DNA of 64,000 nt, from the NCBI GenBank assembly GCA_026026165.1, contig JAPEUD010000041.1:124001-188000 (forward strand), read 5' to 3'. Positions 1-13,080 of the stretch are shown here, in pieces. Position 1 is the first letter of the stretch. Every line of letters starts with the position of its first letter. The position numbers and the translations under genes are program-made. Below the pieces are notes generated by a model that worked only from the letters and a program-made list of their open reading frames with translations, was not told the origin of the DNA and did no database searches. This DNA is from Sarea resinae. Lineage: Eukaryota.

Positions 1-644
1 TGGCACATCACAGCTCGTTACAGGACTCGAGGCAAGCAATATAGTAGTTCAAGCTAGCGAGGCAGTACCTATACAGAGATTGCCGGGCAGTTCGGCCGGA
101 CTTGGATCTTAAACATGTTATCTACGGGTCCAAGTGCCCTGGTTTTCTCTGCCAGCAAGGCAGCTAAATTGGAGAAGGAGTCCTGAAGTGCTCGACACAG
201 TAGGGAGAATGAGGCAAGTGGAAGGGTGCCGTGAGTATCAATAGAGTATCAGTCGCGACTACTGCTCGGTACGCGGGTAACGACAGCTCAATCTGGAGGT
301 TAGCCGCCGCCTGTTCCCGCCCCCGGTGCCCATGCTCCGCCCGCTGGCGCTAAGATCTCCCCACATTCAGGTCCACGATCCACACCATCCAATGGAATGA
401 ATCTCATGCACGAGCACAAATACGAGTATACAGATACAGCAACAACAAGCGGACGGCTAGAGAAGATTGGTGCGGTAGTTTGCTCGCAGTGAATAAGGTA
501 CCTTGATCAATATTCACACCTTGCTAGGATTCTTCAAGTTGACAGGGAAATCGACAGGATTAACTATATTTATAATTCGAACATACACTGACTTAAATGT
601 TTCGCGACGACAAATAACTCTCTGGGCTCCTTTTCACTCCTCAC

Positions 645-740
645 ACAGGATTTTCTCACCATAGGATTTTCTCACCATAGGATTTTCTCACCATAGGATT
701 TTCTCACCATACATTTTGTGAGAAAACTCATAATAGGATT
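645..740. repeat. Tandem 16-bp repeat ATAGGATTTTCTCACC x4, followed by an inverted partial copy
   Basis: Units at 645-660 (one mismatch), 661-676, 677-692 and 693-708. GTGAGAAAA at 718-726 is the reverse complement of TTTTCTCAC. ATAGGATT recurs at 733-740. Confidence 0.95.
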
Positions 741-840
741 CAAATATTATGTGCGAAAGCCGCTTCGGTTGCGGGTATCTAAGGAGGTTGATATGCTACA
801 AACAAGAACCGACAGACCTTGAGAATAGAGCGGCTAATCT

Positions 841-1909
841 CGAACTAGGGGCCTCATTATCAGCGCCTGCTGCGCTGGGCGAAATCATAAAAACAGCAGC
901 CCCGAAATTATCTAGAAGAGAGAGGCCGCTAAGTGCAGCGGCGTCGGCGCGTGCGAAAGGAGCCTGAACAAGAGCAAATGAATTGCCGGAAATCTGCCGA
1001 ATTAGCCGGGCCTTTTGATTGTCATATTTGGCACTCCCGTCAGTCCGAGGAACATCTCAAAACTGATGCCGGAGTGAATACAAAAAGATTCAACGTCGAG
1101 CAACTATGTCATCATCTGGCCGTCGCAGAGTCGCTTTGTGACGGAATTGGACTGGCTGAGGCAAGCGTGAATCAAGGAAGCGCTTACAGCCGCGCTTGAG
1201 GCTCACACGAGAGCGCTCAAAAAGAACACAGAAGAGCCTGTCGCCCAAAGGCCTGGGACCAAAACACCAGGGGCCGGGATATCGGCCGCAAAAGGAGGTG
1301 ACGACGATGACGTCGATCCTAAGGGTACTAACCACACTAGCCTACATAGTATACCACGCTTTCATGGACCAGAAAGCCTACAGGCATTCCACGCTCATTG
1401 CGATGAGGAAAGCAGCACTGGATTCTTAGTCCTTGATGCAAGAAGAAGTCTTAAAGAACTATCTTATGTCTTTGACCATAACGGCAAATCAGGTCTATCC
1501 GTGCTATGTGCATACATGATATATCTGAAGCTTTCACGAAATCGGAGATATTATCTCGATACCATAAGTCGTCCCCCCTGGGAATTGGCAATCTGATATC
1601 CTTACACTAAGATATATACACCAATGATTCGATGATTAATCAGCCAGGGTAGAAGAGTGGCCAGGCGATCAAAGCCAGCGGACATCGCTACGCTAGGCAT
1701 TATATATGTCGGAAACTAGGTGCTTCAGGGAAATAGAGCCAAGAAGCCTTAGAAGGGCGTTGAAGTCTCATTTTATACAAGAAATCCTGGAGATACTGAT
1801 TACTCTTGAGCAATATCTACAACGCGTGTCGGCTCTGGAGCGTGCCCGTGCTGTTGTTCAGATCGAGGATGATACGGAATTGGAGGACCCCCATGCCGCG
1901 TACCGCTAA
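841..1909 (+). pseudogene. Possible decayed coding sequence, family unknown
   Basis: Frame 1171-1593 is stop-free for 141 codons with no early start codon (IKEALTAALEAHTRALKK...LKLSRNRRYYLDTISRPPWELAI). The same frame upstream is protein-like but interrupted by TGA/TAG. No family recognised. Confidence 0.3.
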
Positions 1910-2346
1910 GGGGGTAAGCAGGACGTCGCCGCGAACCGAAAGAAATCAGGATATCACGAAAGTTGTAGTTCTACAGGTAGTGGATAACAAGGTTCCGGGC
2001 CGGCGCGCCCGCGTCATTCTTTGTAAGTGTGTCCTAATAGGACTACATTGGTTTCTCGTTGTTAATATTGTATAGGACGTAGAGCGTGAGAACCTTATAC
2101 AGGCTAGTAATTATTTTATTTTTGTACAGACAAGGCCTATATCAGGTACGTGCACTGTCTGCTAGAAGGTATTATATCTAGTCCTAGTGCAGTTGTTTAC
2201 TGTCAGGTGCAATAGACACTTTCTTTATCTAATTAGAGACAGAGAGGTTGCAGGTCTAGCTAAGATAACACTAAATACAACCTTACTCTCCACTAGAAAG
2301 ACTAAATAACACCTACTAGAGATTTAGTTGCTATACTTGTCTCTAG

Positions 2347-3550
2347 GACAGGGCCTTTCTCTGAGTCTGAAAACCGCGTTATGACAGCTGGCTACGTGGC
2401 AGACCGTGCCTAATTCAGATTCAAGGACGTTATTGCTAGAAATAACGTACTAGCGTTAGTAAGTGTCAAAAAGCTATAGGTAGACTTTGATACGGAGATT
2501 CCGAGAGCTAAAGTGTATTTAGAATCTTAACAGGCAAAATAGCAGATAAGCTAGATTCTAGATAAGTTAGATCCTTGTCAGATCACGTTCGCCTTTGATA
2601 CAGATGATTTTCGTTCTTCACCAGGCGAAGGCAAAGGTAAGTTTTTTTAAAGAGGATCCTAATAAAGAAGAGCAGACTGCACAGACTATAAAGAAGAGAC
2701 AGCATAAACAAACAAACACTATCTAGCGATCTCGACTAACAAAGAAACAAAACATGTGAGCTAAGGGGAACTCAGAAATGATTAACGTTGTAATACATTT
2801 AGGTAACATTGCTGGTCAGTAACTAACATAAGTGCAACTTGCAGTGCAGCCACTACCACGCCATCTTGGGCTAGAGCACCTTTTGACCATGAAAAGTCCG
2901 CCATTGTGGAGCGTGTCAAGGCTCGTCCTCGCACCCGCCACGCTCCGGAGTTAATGCCTAGCATAGTCCCTTTCAGCAAGCAACAGCTTGCGGCAGAGCG
3001 TTCTCGCGGCTGCTAGCGGACACATTGATGATATATTGACCGACAAGATGCTTCTAAAAGCCGTTCAGTAACTATTTGTGATGGACATAAAGGTCCTGGA
3101 GCCTGGAGAAAGACTGATAAGGTCCTAATTTACGGGTCCTGTAGGGACAAGGTTTTGTTGCCTTGCTTGAGTCTCCCTCTTTCCCAAGACTAACCAATTC
3201 TCCCGACACAGCTTTCCCACAGCATCATAACGAGTTCTGTGTTGACTATTACCGTCCAGGAGTGGTTCATGGACACTATGCATGCGCGCTGGGAGTTTCT
3301 CAAAAGTCTCGATGGTGTAATTAAGGATCCTACGCGAGGAGTGGCCGAAGGGCAAGCTCGGCGAAGGAATAGAGCAAGAATTCTCGAGACAGGGTCCGTC
3401 TCCATGCCAATTTTTGAGGAGTGGTTCGAATACGGTCTCGATGAGATGATGTGTACCGAGTTCAACACGTACTTACATCACTGTCGACGCATCAACAATA
3501 GGCCCAACTACGGTTGGTCCCGGGCGATGTTTCACTCGCTGACACAGTAA
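2347..3550 (+). pseudogene. Possible intron-containing gene relic (RIP-like decay), family unknown
   Basis: Exon-like block 2347-2636 ends in a GTAAGT donor and carries five stops, all TAA/TAG. A CTAAC branch plus CAG acceptor at 3211 precedes an open frame to 3550 (LSHSIITSSVLTITVQEWFMDTMHARWEF...). Stop density in the first block is not clearly below random. Confidence 0.3.
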
Positions 3551-5289
3551 CTAATGCGGGGGAATCCCGTCTACTATATGTTATACGTCGCCTTACATCC
3601 GACATGGAATACGAGGGCAAGGTCGTGAATCACCGGTCGGCTTCACTACCGTCCCTCAATCCGCCCAAGGTCGGGTGTTGGCCGGTACGCCCCCTGTGGG
3701 AACTTTCAGAGGGCCCGGGCCATCTGTGGCAACTGAGGTCGAAGAACCGCCTGTTACTTCAGATGTTTCACGATAGGGAGATAATCTGTAGCCATTTACA
3801 AAGACAGTAAGTGAAAAGAGAGGATCGGAGCAGGTGATTGGGGTGTGGAAGAAGCAGCTGATTACAGAGGAACCTTGGTGATAATACAGGACTCCTGAAT
3901 TGGAAAGAGACAGGGAAGGAAGCTAAAGTCTCAATGGATGGGCTGAAGACTTTAACCCAGATCACCACCTCCAGAATTAGTGGCTACCTCTAAGAATTGC
4001 ACGGCAATAGGAGAGCAGACCGATCCTATCTAGATGACTTGAACCTTTACCATCCAAGGTAGTACCAGTATCCACCACACAGTTCACTTACGATCGCAGT
4101 CCGATGACCGAAGCCGGATGGATAGCTCAGCGATCTATCTGAAAGCCAGGATACTGTCCCCAAGTATTACGCCATCAGTCAGGACAAGGAGTTGCAACAG
4201 CTCTACCATCAGCTAAACCCATTGTTGCACGCGAATTGCCAATCAGTCTCTCCATCTGTTATTCATAATTGCTGACACAATTGCTCACGATATCTCTACC
4301 TCATTGCTACAACTATCATTGCGTTCAGACCTCATTCTACCGAGTCTATATCCTTACCTTACCGTCCGCAACCTCTTACCTCATATGTTTTGTTTTTAAC
4401 GTTGGGCCAGGATGTGGCAGGATCCGTGGTTGCGATGTTGGCAGGGGATATCGAGACAAAGTCCACATCCATCATCCCATTCATCCGTCACCCGCTGAGC
4501 TAAATTCAACCTCTAAGACACGTCCCGAGCATAGACTGACGACTCGTAACAGTGCTCATTCACTTACTCTATGTTCCCTTTCCTGAATGCTTGATTGTTT
4601 CCATCCTCTATTGGCTCGATCAAGTCAGCAACCTCCGCTGCCTCACCCTATTGGCTTGTTGGTTGACATCGAGCAATTCTGCATCATCCAATCATAGCAC
4701 TGTCATCAACCCGCCCAAACGGCCACATTTATCTCCTGGGAGTCTCCAGAAGATTTTTCCCGGCATTTGCAGAAGACAATATATACGCGGAAACGTCTGG
4801 CCTGGCCAGAAGTGTAACCAAACAAAATAGCTGATTAGTAATCTGCAGCCTAGAGAGCGATTCCTGCCCCTCTGGCACAATCTCTAAGAGTGACGGTCAG
4901 GATTCATTCGTCACGTCTATCTGAATCAGTTTTGTCTTTCACTAAATTACCACGAATACCAATATTAGGTGTGAAGATATAACGGGGCTACTACCCTTAA
5001 AAAAGATCTTAGTATTATTGTTGTGTTAGTATAAGGTATAGAGAAGTAGGGGCGTATATGGAGCAGAAATAACTAGGGCAATGAATCAAGTTATAAGAAA
5101 GTAGTCGTTCTACTCTCCTCTGTCTTGAAGTAGATAATAAATCAGATTTATGATTTACAAAAGTTGTCCAGTCAGACCGGACAGTGGATATAGATGCCTC
5201 TACAGGGCAGCCGGGATCCGACGATGATACAAGCACCGCCACCAGACTCCACTCCAAACCACATCCTACAGTAGGGCCCCCCAACCAGC

Positions 5290-6919
5290 CTATTCCTCGC
5301 CCCCAATACCTAAACCGCCACCATCCGCGCCGTCCCCACCCCCAACCCCGATCCCATCACTGCCCTCCCCCTCGATCTTCACCGCCCCACCACTCCCCAC
5401 ACCGATATCGCAAACGATGTCCACGCCGCCACTGCACTCGACAAAGTCCTCTAGCTCCTCGCTCACGGTCTTGAGTTTCTCCTTCACGCACGCCACGGCG
5501 TCGTGCCCGACGATGTGGCGCGCGGGCGGGTTGTCATGGCCTCCGATGGCGGTGAGAGCGTGCACGGTTTCGGAGACGAGGCTGTGTTGGACGGTTGCGG
5601 AGAGTGGCGGGAAGAGGGTGCGAATCGTGGGGTTCTGTGGTGCGGGGTTCTGTGGGTAGGGCGTTGGGGCCTGGTGTTGCGCGGGAGAGCGTGGATCTTT
5701 GGAGGATGAGTTCAGGGTCGTGGGTGAAGGCGATGAGGGGGTGATGTTGTTGTTGTAGGAGGTATTTGTGGATGTGTGGTCGTCGTGATTTGTTGAGGAA
5801 GGAGGAGGAGAAAGACGGCCCAGCACTCCGGATAAGATCTCACGGGCTAACGGTGCTGGGTTGACCGAGGGCGAGTATTGTGGTAACTGCGTCGGGAGCG
5901 ATATCTTGTTCGTTAGGATGTTAATTTCCATGTTTGGTTGTAGGATCGAGGTTTTGATATTGAAAGGGGCGATTTCATAGGCCAAGGACTATTTATTCTC
6001 AGTTAGTAGGCGAGTAACAACAAGAGGGAGGAGTAGGAGAAACGAATCGAGGGAGGAGGAAAGGCGTCAAGGGATATAAGGGGTCGCATACATCGCAAAA
6101 GCCTTCGAGGGCCCAGCCTGAAGCGCAGTACATTCCTAAGCCTGGCGTTCCGATATGTCCAGCTGTTGTTTGAACGCGTTAGCTAAGAAGTCCATGCAAT
6201 TTGGTTTCCATGTCGACATGTACTGGCAATCCTGCAAGGGCCAAACGTACTAATGCCGGTGAGGATGATTATATGCCCGGACTTCTTCGCCCGAAATGAC
6301 GGCAACACAGCCTTTATCGCGTTGACTGGACCAAAGAAATTGGTCTCGAATTGATCGCGCACGAGTGTCATGGCGAGCGAGGAGGTCGAGAGTTCTTCTA
6401 CTGTCCCCACGACAGCTGTGATGCTTATAAGCAGCTGCTCAACACCATTGCGACAAAGTGGACTATCGAGAACATACCTTCGCTCGTACAGCAAAAGAGA
6501 ATATCGACCCTGCCAAAAGCTTGCACAGCCTCTGCAATGGCAGCTTGGCATTGTCCCATTACCCTGTCCCGACGACACATAGCTCAGTCTTTTATGTTCC
6601 TTTGAAGTCGGTGTAAAGGGCGCTCACACCTACAATCCAATCCCACAACCCTCAGTCTGCCCCTCCAGCCCTCCTTGCCCTTCTGCCCCACCTCGTTCAG
6701 GAACGCACGAAAGTCTCGACTTCGGTCTAGGTCATCGCGTTCGAATTCGCTCGGGAGAACCCCGCTGATGACATAGTCGCCGTGATCGAGCACCTGGCGT
6801 GAGAGCGCAATGCCGATGGGGGAACTACCCGAGGTGAGGAACCAGACGCGCGGGGCATTGTGCGGAGGGAATTGATACGGGGGATTGAGAGGTCGGGGGG
6901 GTTTGTCGGCAGTACTCAT
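5290..6919 (-). CDS. Short-chain dehydrogenase/reductase (SDR) family protein, atypical motifs, multi-exon
   Basis: RVWFLTSGSSPIGIALSRQVLDHGD (Rossmann start), QFETNFFGPVNAIKAVLPSFR..KSGHII, GTPGLGMYCASGWALEGFCD (read at about 6090-6165) and AYEIAPFNIKTSILQP, spread over several exons. Start assumed at MSTADK (6919). Confidence 0.85.
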
Positions 6920-7348
6920 TGTGGGAGGGATGCTGGGCGACAATTGAAGAGGAGAGAAAAGGTAATTGGGAGCAGCATCGCAATTCAGCTTGTAGGCATC
7001 GCTCACGGTCTTTGTAGAGAGGAGCTGGATGGGGGAGCCCGAGGTCGGTGCGGATGAGGTAACCTCCAGGGCTGGAAGTTGGCATATGCATGCCGGTAGT
7101 TGATCAACTGCCGAACCGAGAGAGTTGTGTGGGGGAGCTATTTATACTTTGCACTGTATCTCATTAATCTCATTAATGCATACAATACTGGTAGTCTGCG
7201 GCACAGTCGAATCTTGTGTCTATGACTTGATGCTGATATTTTCCATATCCGAGAACTCGCTATTTACGCCATAGATGATATTCAAGCGTAAGAAACAAGA
7301 GCGGAATTCCCTATGCCACGATACTCCGGACCAGCACGTGTCCTACAA

Positions 7349-8240
7349 TCACCTCGCCTTCTTGCCTGCTCCGACCGCGGCCTCCCCGTTCTCTGCAGCT
7401 CCCGATTGTCTCTTCATTCTCCTCCCTTCCCATCTGACCCAACCTGCCTCGACTAGATCCTCCCCCATCACCAAATCCCTCACCCTCCCCAGCCTCGCCA
7501 ACCGCGTCTCGAGTCCCCACTCCACCCATCCACTTCTTCTTAGATAACTCGTAAAGCCGAACCAAAAGAATGCAAAGACGGCACCGGCAGCCATGCCCAC
7601 GAGGATTTGCTTTGGTGTGTGGTAGCTAAGGTAGATGCGCGAGGTAGATACTAAGGTGGAGAAGAGCACCAGGAGGACCGAGAGAGCGGCGCGGTGAGTA
7701 AAAGTAGTCGGGTAGGTGGTCGAGAGTGATTGAGGATGATGTCGGAAGAGGAGAAAGAGTGACAGGAAAACGGAGAAGAAGGTTGCAAACTGGGCGTGAG
7801 AGGAGGGCATTCCGTAGCCTTTACCGTTCATTTCTGTTGTTTTCGTTTTCACGTCAGTATATTGGGTCCTAGTCAGGTGAGATCATGTCCCTGCTGCGGC
7901 AAAGCTACTGGCTGCAAATTGGACAGCGCTGCAGGAAGAATCAAACGTACGTCTTGGTCTCTCTTCTTTAATCCACCGCTTCAACCCCCAATTCAAAGCC
8001 TCACACCCCATTTGTCCCGCAAACATGAGTGCAATTTCCACCTCCCGTGTCGACCAGATCAGGGTCGCATAGACAACACATAGCCCTTGAGGGACGAGGG
8101 CTAGCCATGCGCAGATGTAAGAGATTGGATCTGCGGGATTCTGTGGCGGCGTTAGAGGAGAACAAGTGGTAGTCTCGGTGGATGACACATACATAATGAA
8201 CGTGAGTCAGAGACAGCGACGCCAGAGGTGGATCCTCCAT
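7349..8240 (-). CDS. CAX4: Dolichyl-diphosphatase (PAP2 superfamily)
   Basis: Spliced product MEDPPLASLSLTHVHY-NPADP..., with PAP2 motifs KRWIKEERP, GMPSSH and SRIYLSYHTPKQ. GT-AG introns at 8192-8141 and 7950-7834. Confidence 0.9.
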
Positions 8241-8676
8241 TGTCGCGATCAAGACGAAACAGCCCCAGAAGATTCCAAAAAGAGCTGTGTGACGGGGAGG
8301 AGCGAGACAGGTTGGCGACACATGAGGTGAGTCTCGAATGTGAGGATTCAGGTGAAGGTGAAGGCAAAGGCAAAGGTGAAGGTGAAGGTGGTGATACTGC
8401 CGGGCTATTCATTGATCATCTTATCTTATCTGCCGGACTATGACTGATACCCTTTCCCATCCTGGTCCGTCTCAGCTCTCGCTCCACTCCACTATTATTT
8501 ATCTTCCCCCTCCAAGCCCAGACCCCCCTCCCCCAATACCCCCAATACCCCATATTCTATTGCGCAATTTCTCCTTCTTCTGCCGCCCATGCATCATTTC
8601 GTCGATACTATTAATATCACTCTTCAACCATCATAGAGGCTGAGCCTCTAATCTACCGCCACCATAGCTGACCACG

Positions 8677-10833
8677 ATGGCATCCGATGACCCCGCCTCC
8701 GCAGAGGATGAGCGCGAGATCGAACTCTCCTCGATCGCGGCCATATTTCCCGAACTGGTCGTCGACCCCACGAACGCCTTTGCCGCAGAGATAGATCTAC
8801 CTGTCACGCCTTCAAGGCCTGTCGCCATCTATTTCCCCCCGTTGACAGACCGCGTGACGCTCGCTGCCTTACCGACGCCACCCATCTCGGACACTACTAG
8901 CGATGGCGAAGGAGCCGCTAGACCTGCTGCTGCGGCCGATAGGAGGACGGCCATCAATGCACTCAAGGGGGATGCAGCTGAGGCGAGAGATGTTCACCAC
9001 CTGGCGCATCTACCGTCTCTGAAATTACGGATCGAGCTGCCGGAGGGCTATCCTCACGAGAACCCGCCGACATTCGGCCTCTCGACAGCACCTGAATGGA
9101 TTCCGAGACCAACAATGGAGCGCTTGGTGAACGAAGGACGCGAGCTGTGGGAAGATCTGGGAAGAGAACAGGTGGTCTTTGCGTACCTGGATCACCTGCA
9201 GCAGGCAGCTGAACGTGGATTCGATCTGGTTGACGGCAAGAGCGGAGCGCTGGAAGTGGCGCAGGATATGAAAATTTCTATGTTGGACTTTGACATCAAG
9301 ACGAAACGGGAGAAATTCGAACAGGAAACCTTTGAGTGCGGTGTATGTCTGGGTAGGTCATAACTCTGCCGTGCGCAAGCCATTATGCCCACTAACTTTG
9401 CCACAGAACCGAAGAAGGGCTCAGCGTGTCATCGGTTGCTACTCTGCTCGCATGTCTTCTGCGTCGCCTGTCTACAGGACTTTTACAACACATGCATCAC
9501 GGAAGGCGACGTGTCTCAGGTGAAATGCTTGGCCCCGGACTGTGGTAAAAGCGGGCCGGACCAGCCAGCACCTGAACAGCTCGAAGCTGCACAGGGAAGA
9601 AAGCGAAAGAGAAAGATTGATCGCACTTTAAACCCAAGCGAACTACTTCAGATACCGCTCGAGCAAGACATGGTAAAGCGCTATGTAGACCTCAAGCGCA
9701 AAAAAGAGCTCGAATCGGACAAGAGAACCGTCTACTGCCCGCGAACGTGGTGTCAAGGCGCCGCTCGCTCCAAAAAACACCCAAAACCCACCAGCATCAC
9801 CGACCCCGCCGCCACAACCTCCGAGAACTCCGACTCCGATTCCTCGGATGACGAAGATGAAGCCCTCGGCGAAGACGCCAATGGGCGCTCCCACCCCCCT
9901 GCGGAAGACCGCCTCGCTATTTGTGAAGACTGTGCCTATGCCTTTTGCCGTGTCTGTCTCCAAGGCTGGCATGGTGAACTTCTCCGCTGCTGGCCTCCCA
10001 CGGCGACCACCCTATCGGCCGAAGATAAGGCCACCTACGAATATATGCGTCTGCACACCACACCATGTCCTACCTGCTCCTCCCCGGCACAGAAAACACA
10101 TGGCTGTAACCACATGCGCTGTTTTCAATGTGGCACTCATTTCTGCTACCTATGCTCCGCCTGGCTGGACGAGAGCAATCCCTACAAACACTTTAATCAA
10201 AAAGGCCAAGGGTGTTTCCAACGTCTGTGGGAGTTGGAAATGGGCGAGAATCCAGAACTGGCGCCGTTGAATCGACGCGGTATCGCCGGTGATAGAGGCT
10301 GGGACCATATGAATGGCCCTCCCCCTCCCCCTGCCGTTGGTGGTGGTGGTGGTGGTGCTGCCGCTGTGCAGATCTGGGAACCCGGTGATGATGACGACGC
10401 AGATGATGAAGGCGCCAATAATCCCGTGCGCTTACCACCTGCGCCCGACCCACCTCGCCAGGCGGCTGTAGCACCTCCTTGGGTTCTGAATAGGGACGGA
10501 GCAGATCAACACCACCACCAGCAGCATCAGCATCAACACCCCCCAGCCGAAGCTCGAAATCCCCCTCCAAGAAGAGTGCCGGCACCCGCACCAGCAGCAC
10601 CCGTCCGAGTCGACATACCCCCACGTGCGGCCGTCCCGCCCGACGGGCGCGTCCGTCGACCGCATCTCGCGAACGCGCAACGAGCGGCCGGCATGCGCGA
10701 GCGTCTGCGTGAAGATCCGCGCAACGAAGGACTGGCGCATTTTCTGGCGATGGTCGAGAACGACGAGGAGGACGAGTGGGACAGCGATGAGCTTAGTGAG
10801 GATGAGGACGGTTGGGAAATCCCGATGCGTTAA
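8677..10833 (+). CDS. ITT1: RWD-domain RBR (RING1-IBR-RING2) E3 ubiquitin ligase, ITT1/RNF14-like
   Basis: RWD (EREIELSSIAAIFPE...LPEGYPHENPP). RING1 CGVCL-EPKKG..CSHVFCVAC is split by intron 9353-9406. IBR YCPRTWC..CEDCAYAFCRVC..WH. RING2 CPTC..KTHGCNHMRC..CGTHFCYLC. Confidence 0.88.
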
Positions 10834-11976
10834 AAACCCCTTTCGAAGCGAGCGATTGATTCATTTCTTTCTATTTCGTTCTTCGGTGACCTGAGTAAAT
10901 GAATGAGTACGATATTCCCATGATTGGCTGATATTCCCCCTTTCGCAAGTTTCACTTTCCATTCTCTATTCACCATTCCCAATTTTTGAATGTCTTGGCC
11001 TTGCATCTTTTCCTTCCTGCCCCTTGTTCCATCTCATCTCGTCTCATCCTCACTCTTACTCTCACTCCTACCCTTGCCTCGCGCTCACATACACCGTCAT
11101 TACTTCCCCCCAGTCCTCAGCGCAAATACCTCGGACCGGAGAACTAGGAGTTCGGAGCCACGTCCACTATCATCGGCATCGGCATTGGCATCGGCATTTA
11201 GCGCGTGTCTGTCTTTTTTTTTTCATATTCTTCTGCTTAGGTCCAGCGTTCTGAAAGCTCTGTTTTATATGTACCAACTGGTAAGAATAGGTGATAGAAC
11301 ACAGTTACATCTATCTAATTAACCCATCTATCATACATAACCAAACAACCCTCTCCTCCTTGAGGGGTTCAAGCAACATAAGGTCAGCCAGTCAACATCG
11401 CAGAGACGTCTTAGGCCTCGACGAAATAAACACAAGAAGCCTTAGAGCATGCGCTTTGCTCTCTGGTAACAGCTGAGTTCGTTGGCAAGATTCTCGGGAG
11501 AAAATTGATCGGGATTGACTCCGTGTGAACGCTGAACGCTCTCACGAATATCAGTAACGCGTCACCTCTTCAGGCCGTTGGGATGAGTAGAATCCTAGTA
11601 TCAAGAGCAGGATGAATTCACTAGGATTTTCACTCGCTTCTGGGGCTCTCTGGGTGCCCGTATGGATTGTGAGGACCTGAAATGCGAACCAATTCTTTCG
11701 GACTTCTGAATATTTCACTCTTCCACACTTCCACCTTCCACGCTTCCACCTTTCACACTTCCATCCTTCGACTCCTCAACTCCACAACTCTTCGACACTT
11801 TGTCAAATCTTCGACACTCAGACAATACTTTAATCTTTCAATCCTCACACTCGTACACTCTCCTCTTCCACCGTTCTACCCTTCAACCGACTTAATACCT
11901 CATCTTCCGTTCAATTTACAGCCCCGATCCCAACAAACCCATACCTCAGATCTCACAACAGTGATAGACAACCGCA

Positions 11977-13080
11977 ATGTCATCCTCCACTCCGCATCTT
12001 CAACCTTCTACAGGCACCGCCGACTCAAGAGGAATGAAAGATGAGGTTTCTAAGAAAATAAACGGGTTGGACGATGTCGTCTCGCCCTCACGGAAAAATG
12101 ATGAGCCTGTATACAGCGAGTGAGTTCTATCTCTCCCACTTCCAAAACTCGGACGGGGACAGAGATGAGCGATGAGAGGCTGACAAGATTTACGAAGCTT
12201 CCTTAATTCCCCAACCCTCACGCTCAAGGCTGGCAGCTCACCGGATCATACGTTTCAGATCCACCGAGACCTGCTTCGTCTCCGCAATGAAAGCATCTAC
12301 AGTGCCTGCACCTCCAACTCTTTCTCCGAGGCTACCTTAGGCACGTATACGTTCTCAGACACCATGGCAGAGACGGTCGTCCGCTTTGTTCAATGGTGCT
12401 ACACGGGAAATTACTCCAGCGCGGTGTCGCTCAAGAGCAGCAACCTAAAACGAGAGCCAGATGCACCCGATTTCGCACTGGGCGTCGAGACATGGGGTCA
12501 GAGCACGCCTGGATCCCGCACGTTTCTGAGCCACATCCGCCTGTACATCTTCGCCGCCACGTACCTGATCCCAGAGCTGAAGAGTTTCGTCTTCGCGCGC
12601 ATCACCGCCCAGCTCAGAAATATGGGCAAGCCGACGGCCATACAGCAGCAACAACGCCTCATCCAGCTGCTTGATCTCGCATTCGCATATCTGGCCGGCA
12701 CCGACGGCCTCTTAAAATGGCTGGGCCGGTACGTTGCGTATTCACTCGACGAACTGAGATCGCGACCCGAGTTCCTCGAGCTCCTCGAGCACGGTACGCT
12801 GGCCCGGGAGATTATCAGCTCGGTCGGTCCCAGGCTGAAGGCGCCATGGGAAGAGTCGGAGTCGCCGATGGCGGATCATAGCGAAACGAGTACCACGAGC
12901 ACGGCGGGAGCTGCGAAGAGAAAGCGCGACAGCCAGACTAGCCAGACTTCTCTCGCTGCGACAGCAAGTTCGGCGCCGTCGTTTCTAAAGCCGCAAACTA
13001 TGGCAGTCTCCCCTCCCGTCAGAGCTCCGATACAGCCAATGCCCACTCAGCCCACTCAGCCCAATTTTTTTCAGAGGTGA
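11977..13080 (+). CDS. BTB/POZ-domain protein (fungal BTB-only type), copy 1
   Basis: Exon 1 11977-12119, phase-2 intron 12120-12197, then in frame FLNSPTLTLKAG..TFQIHRDLL..FSEATLGTYTF..VVRFVQWCYTGNY..HIRLYIFAATYLIPELK. Confidence 0.8.

Noticed and set aside
645..708. Possible CRISPR-like array
   Set aside because: Units are directly adjacent with no spacers, the context is eukaryotic, and no cas genes are present.
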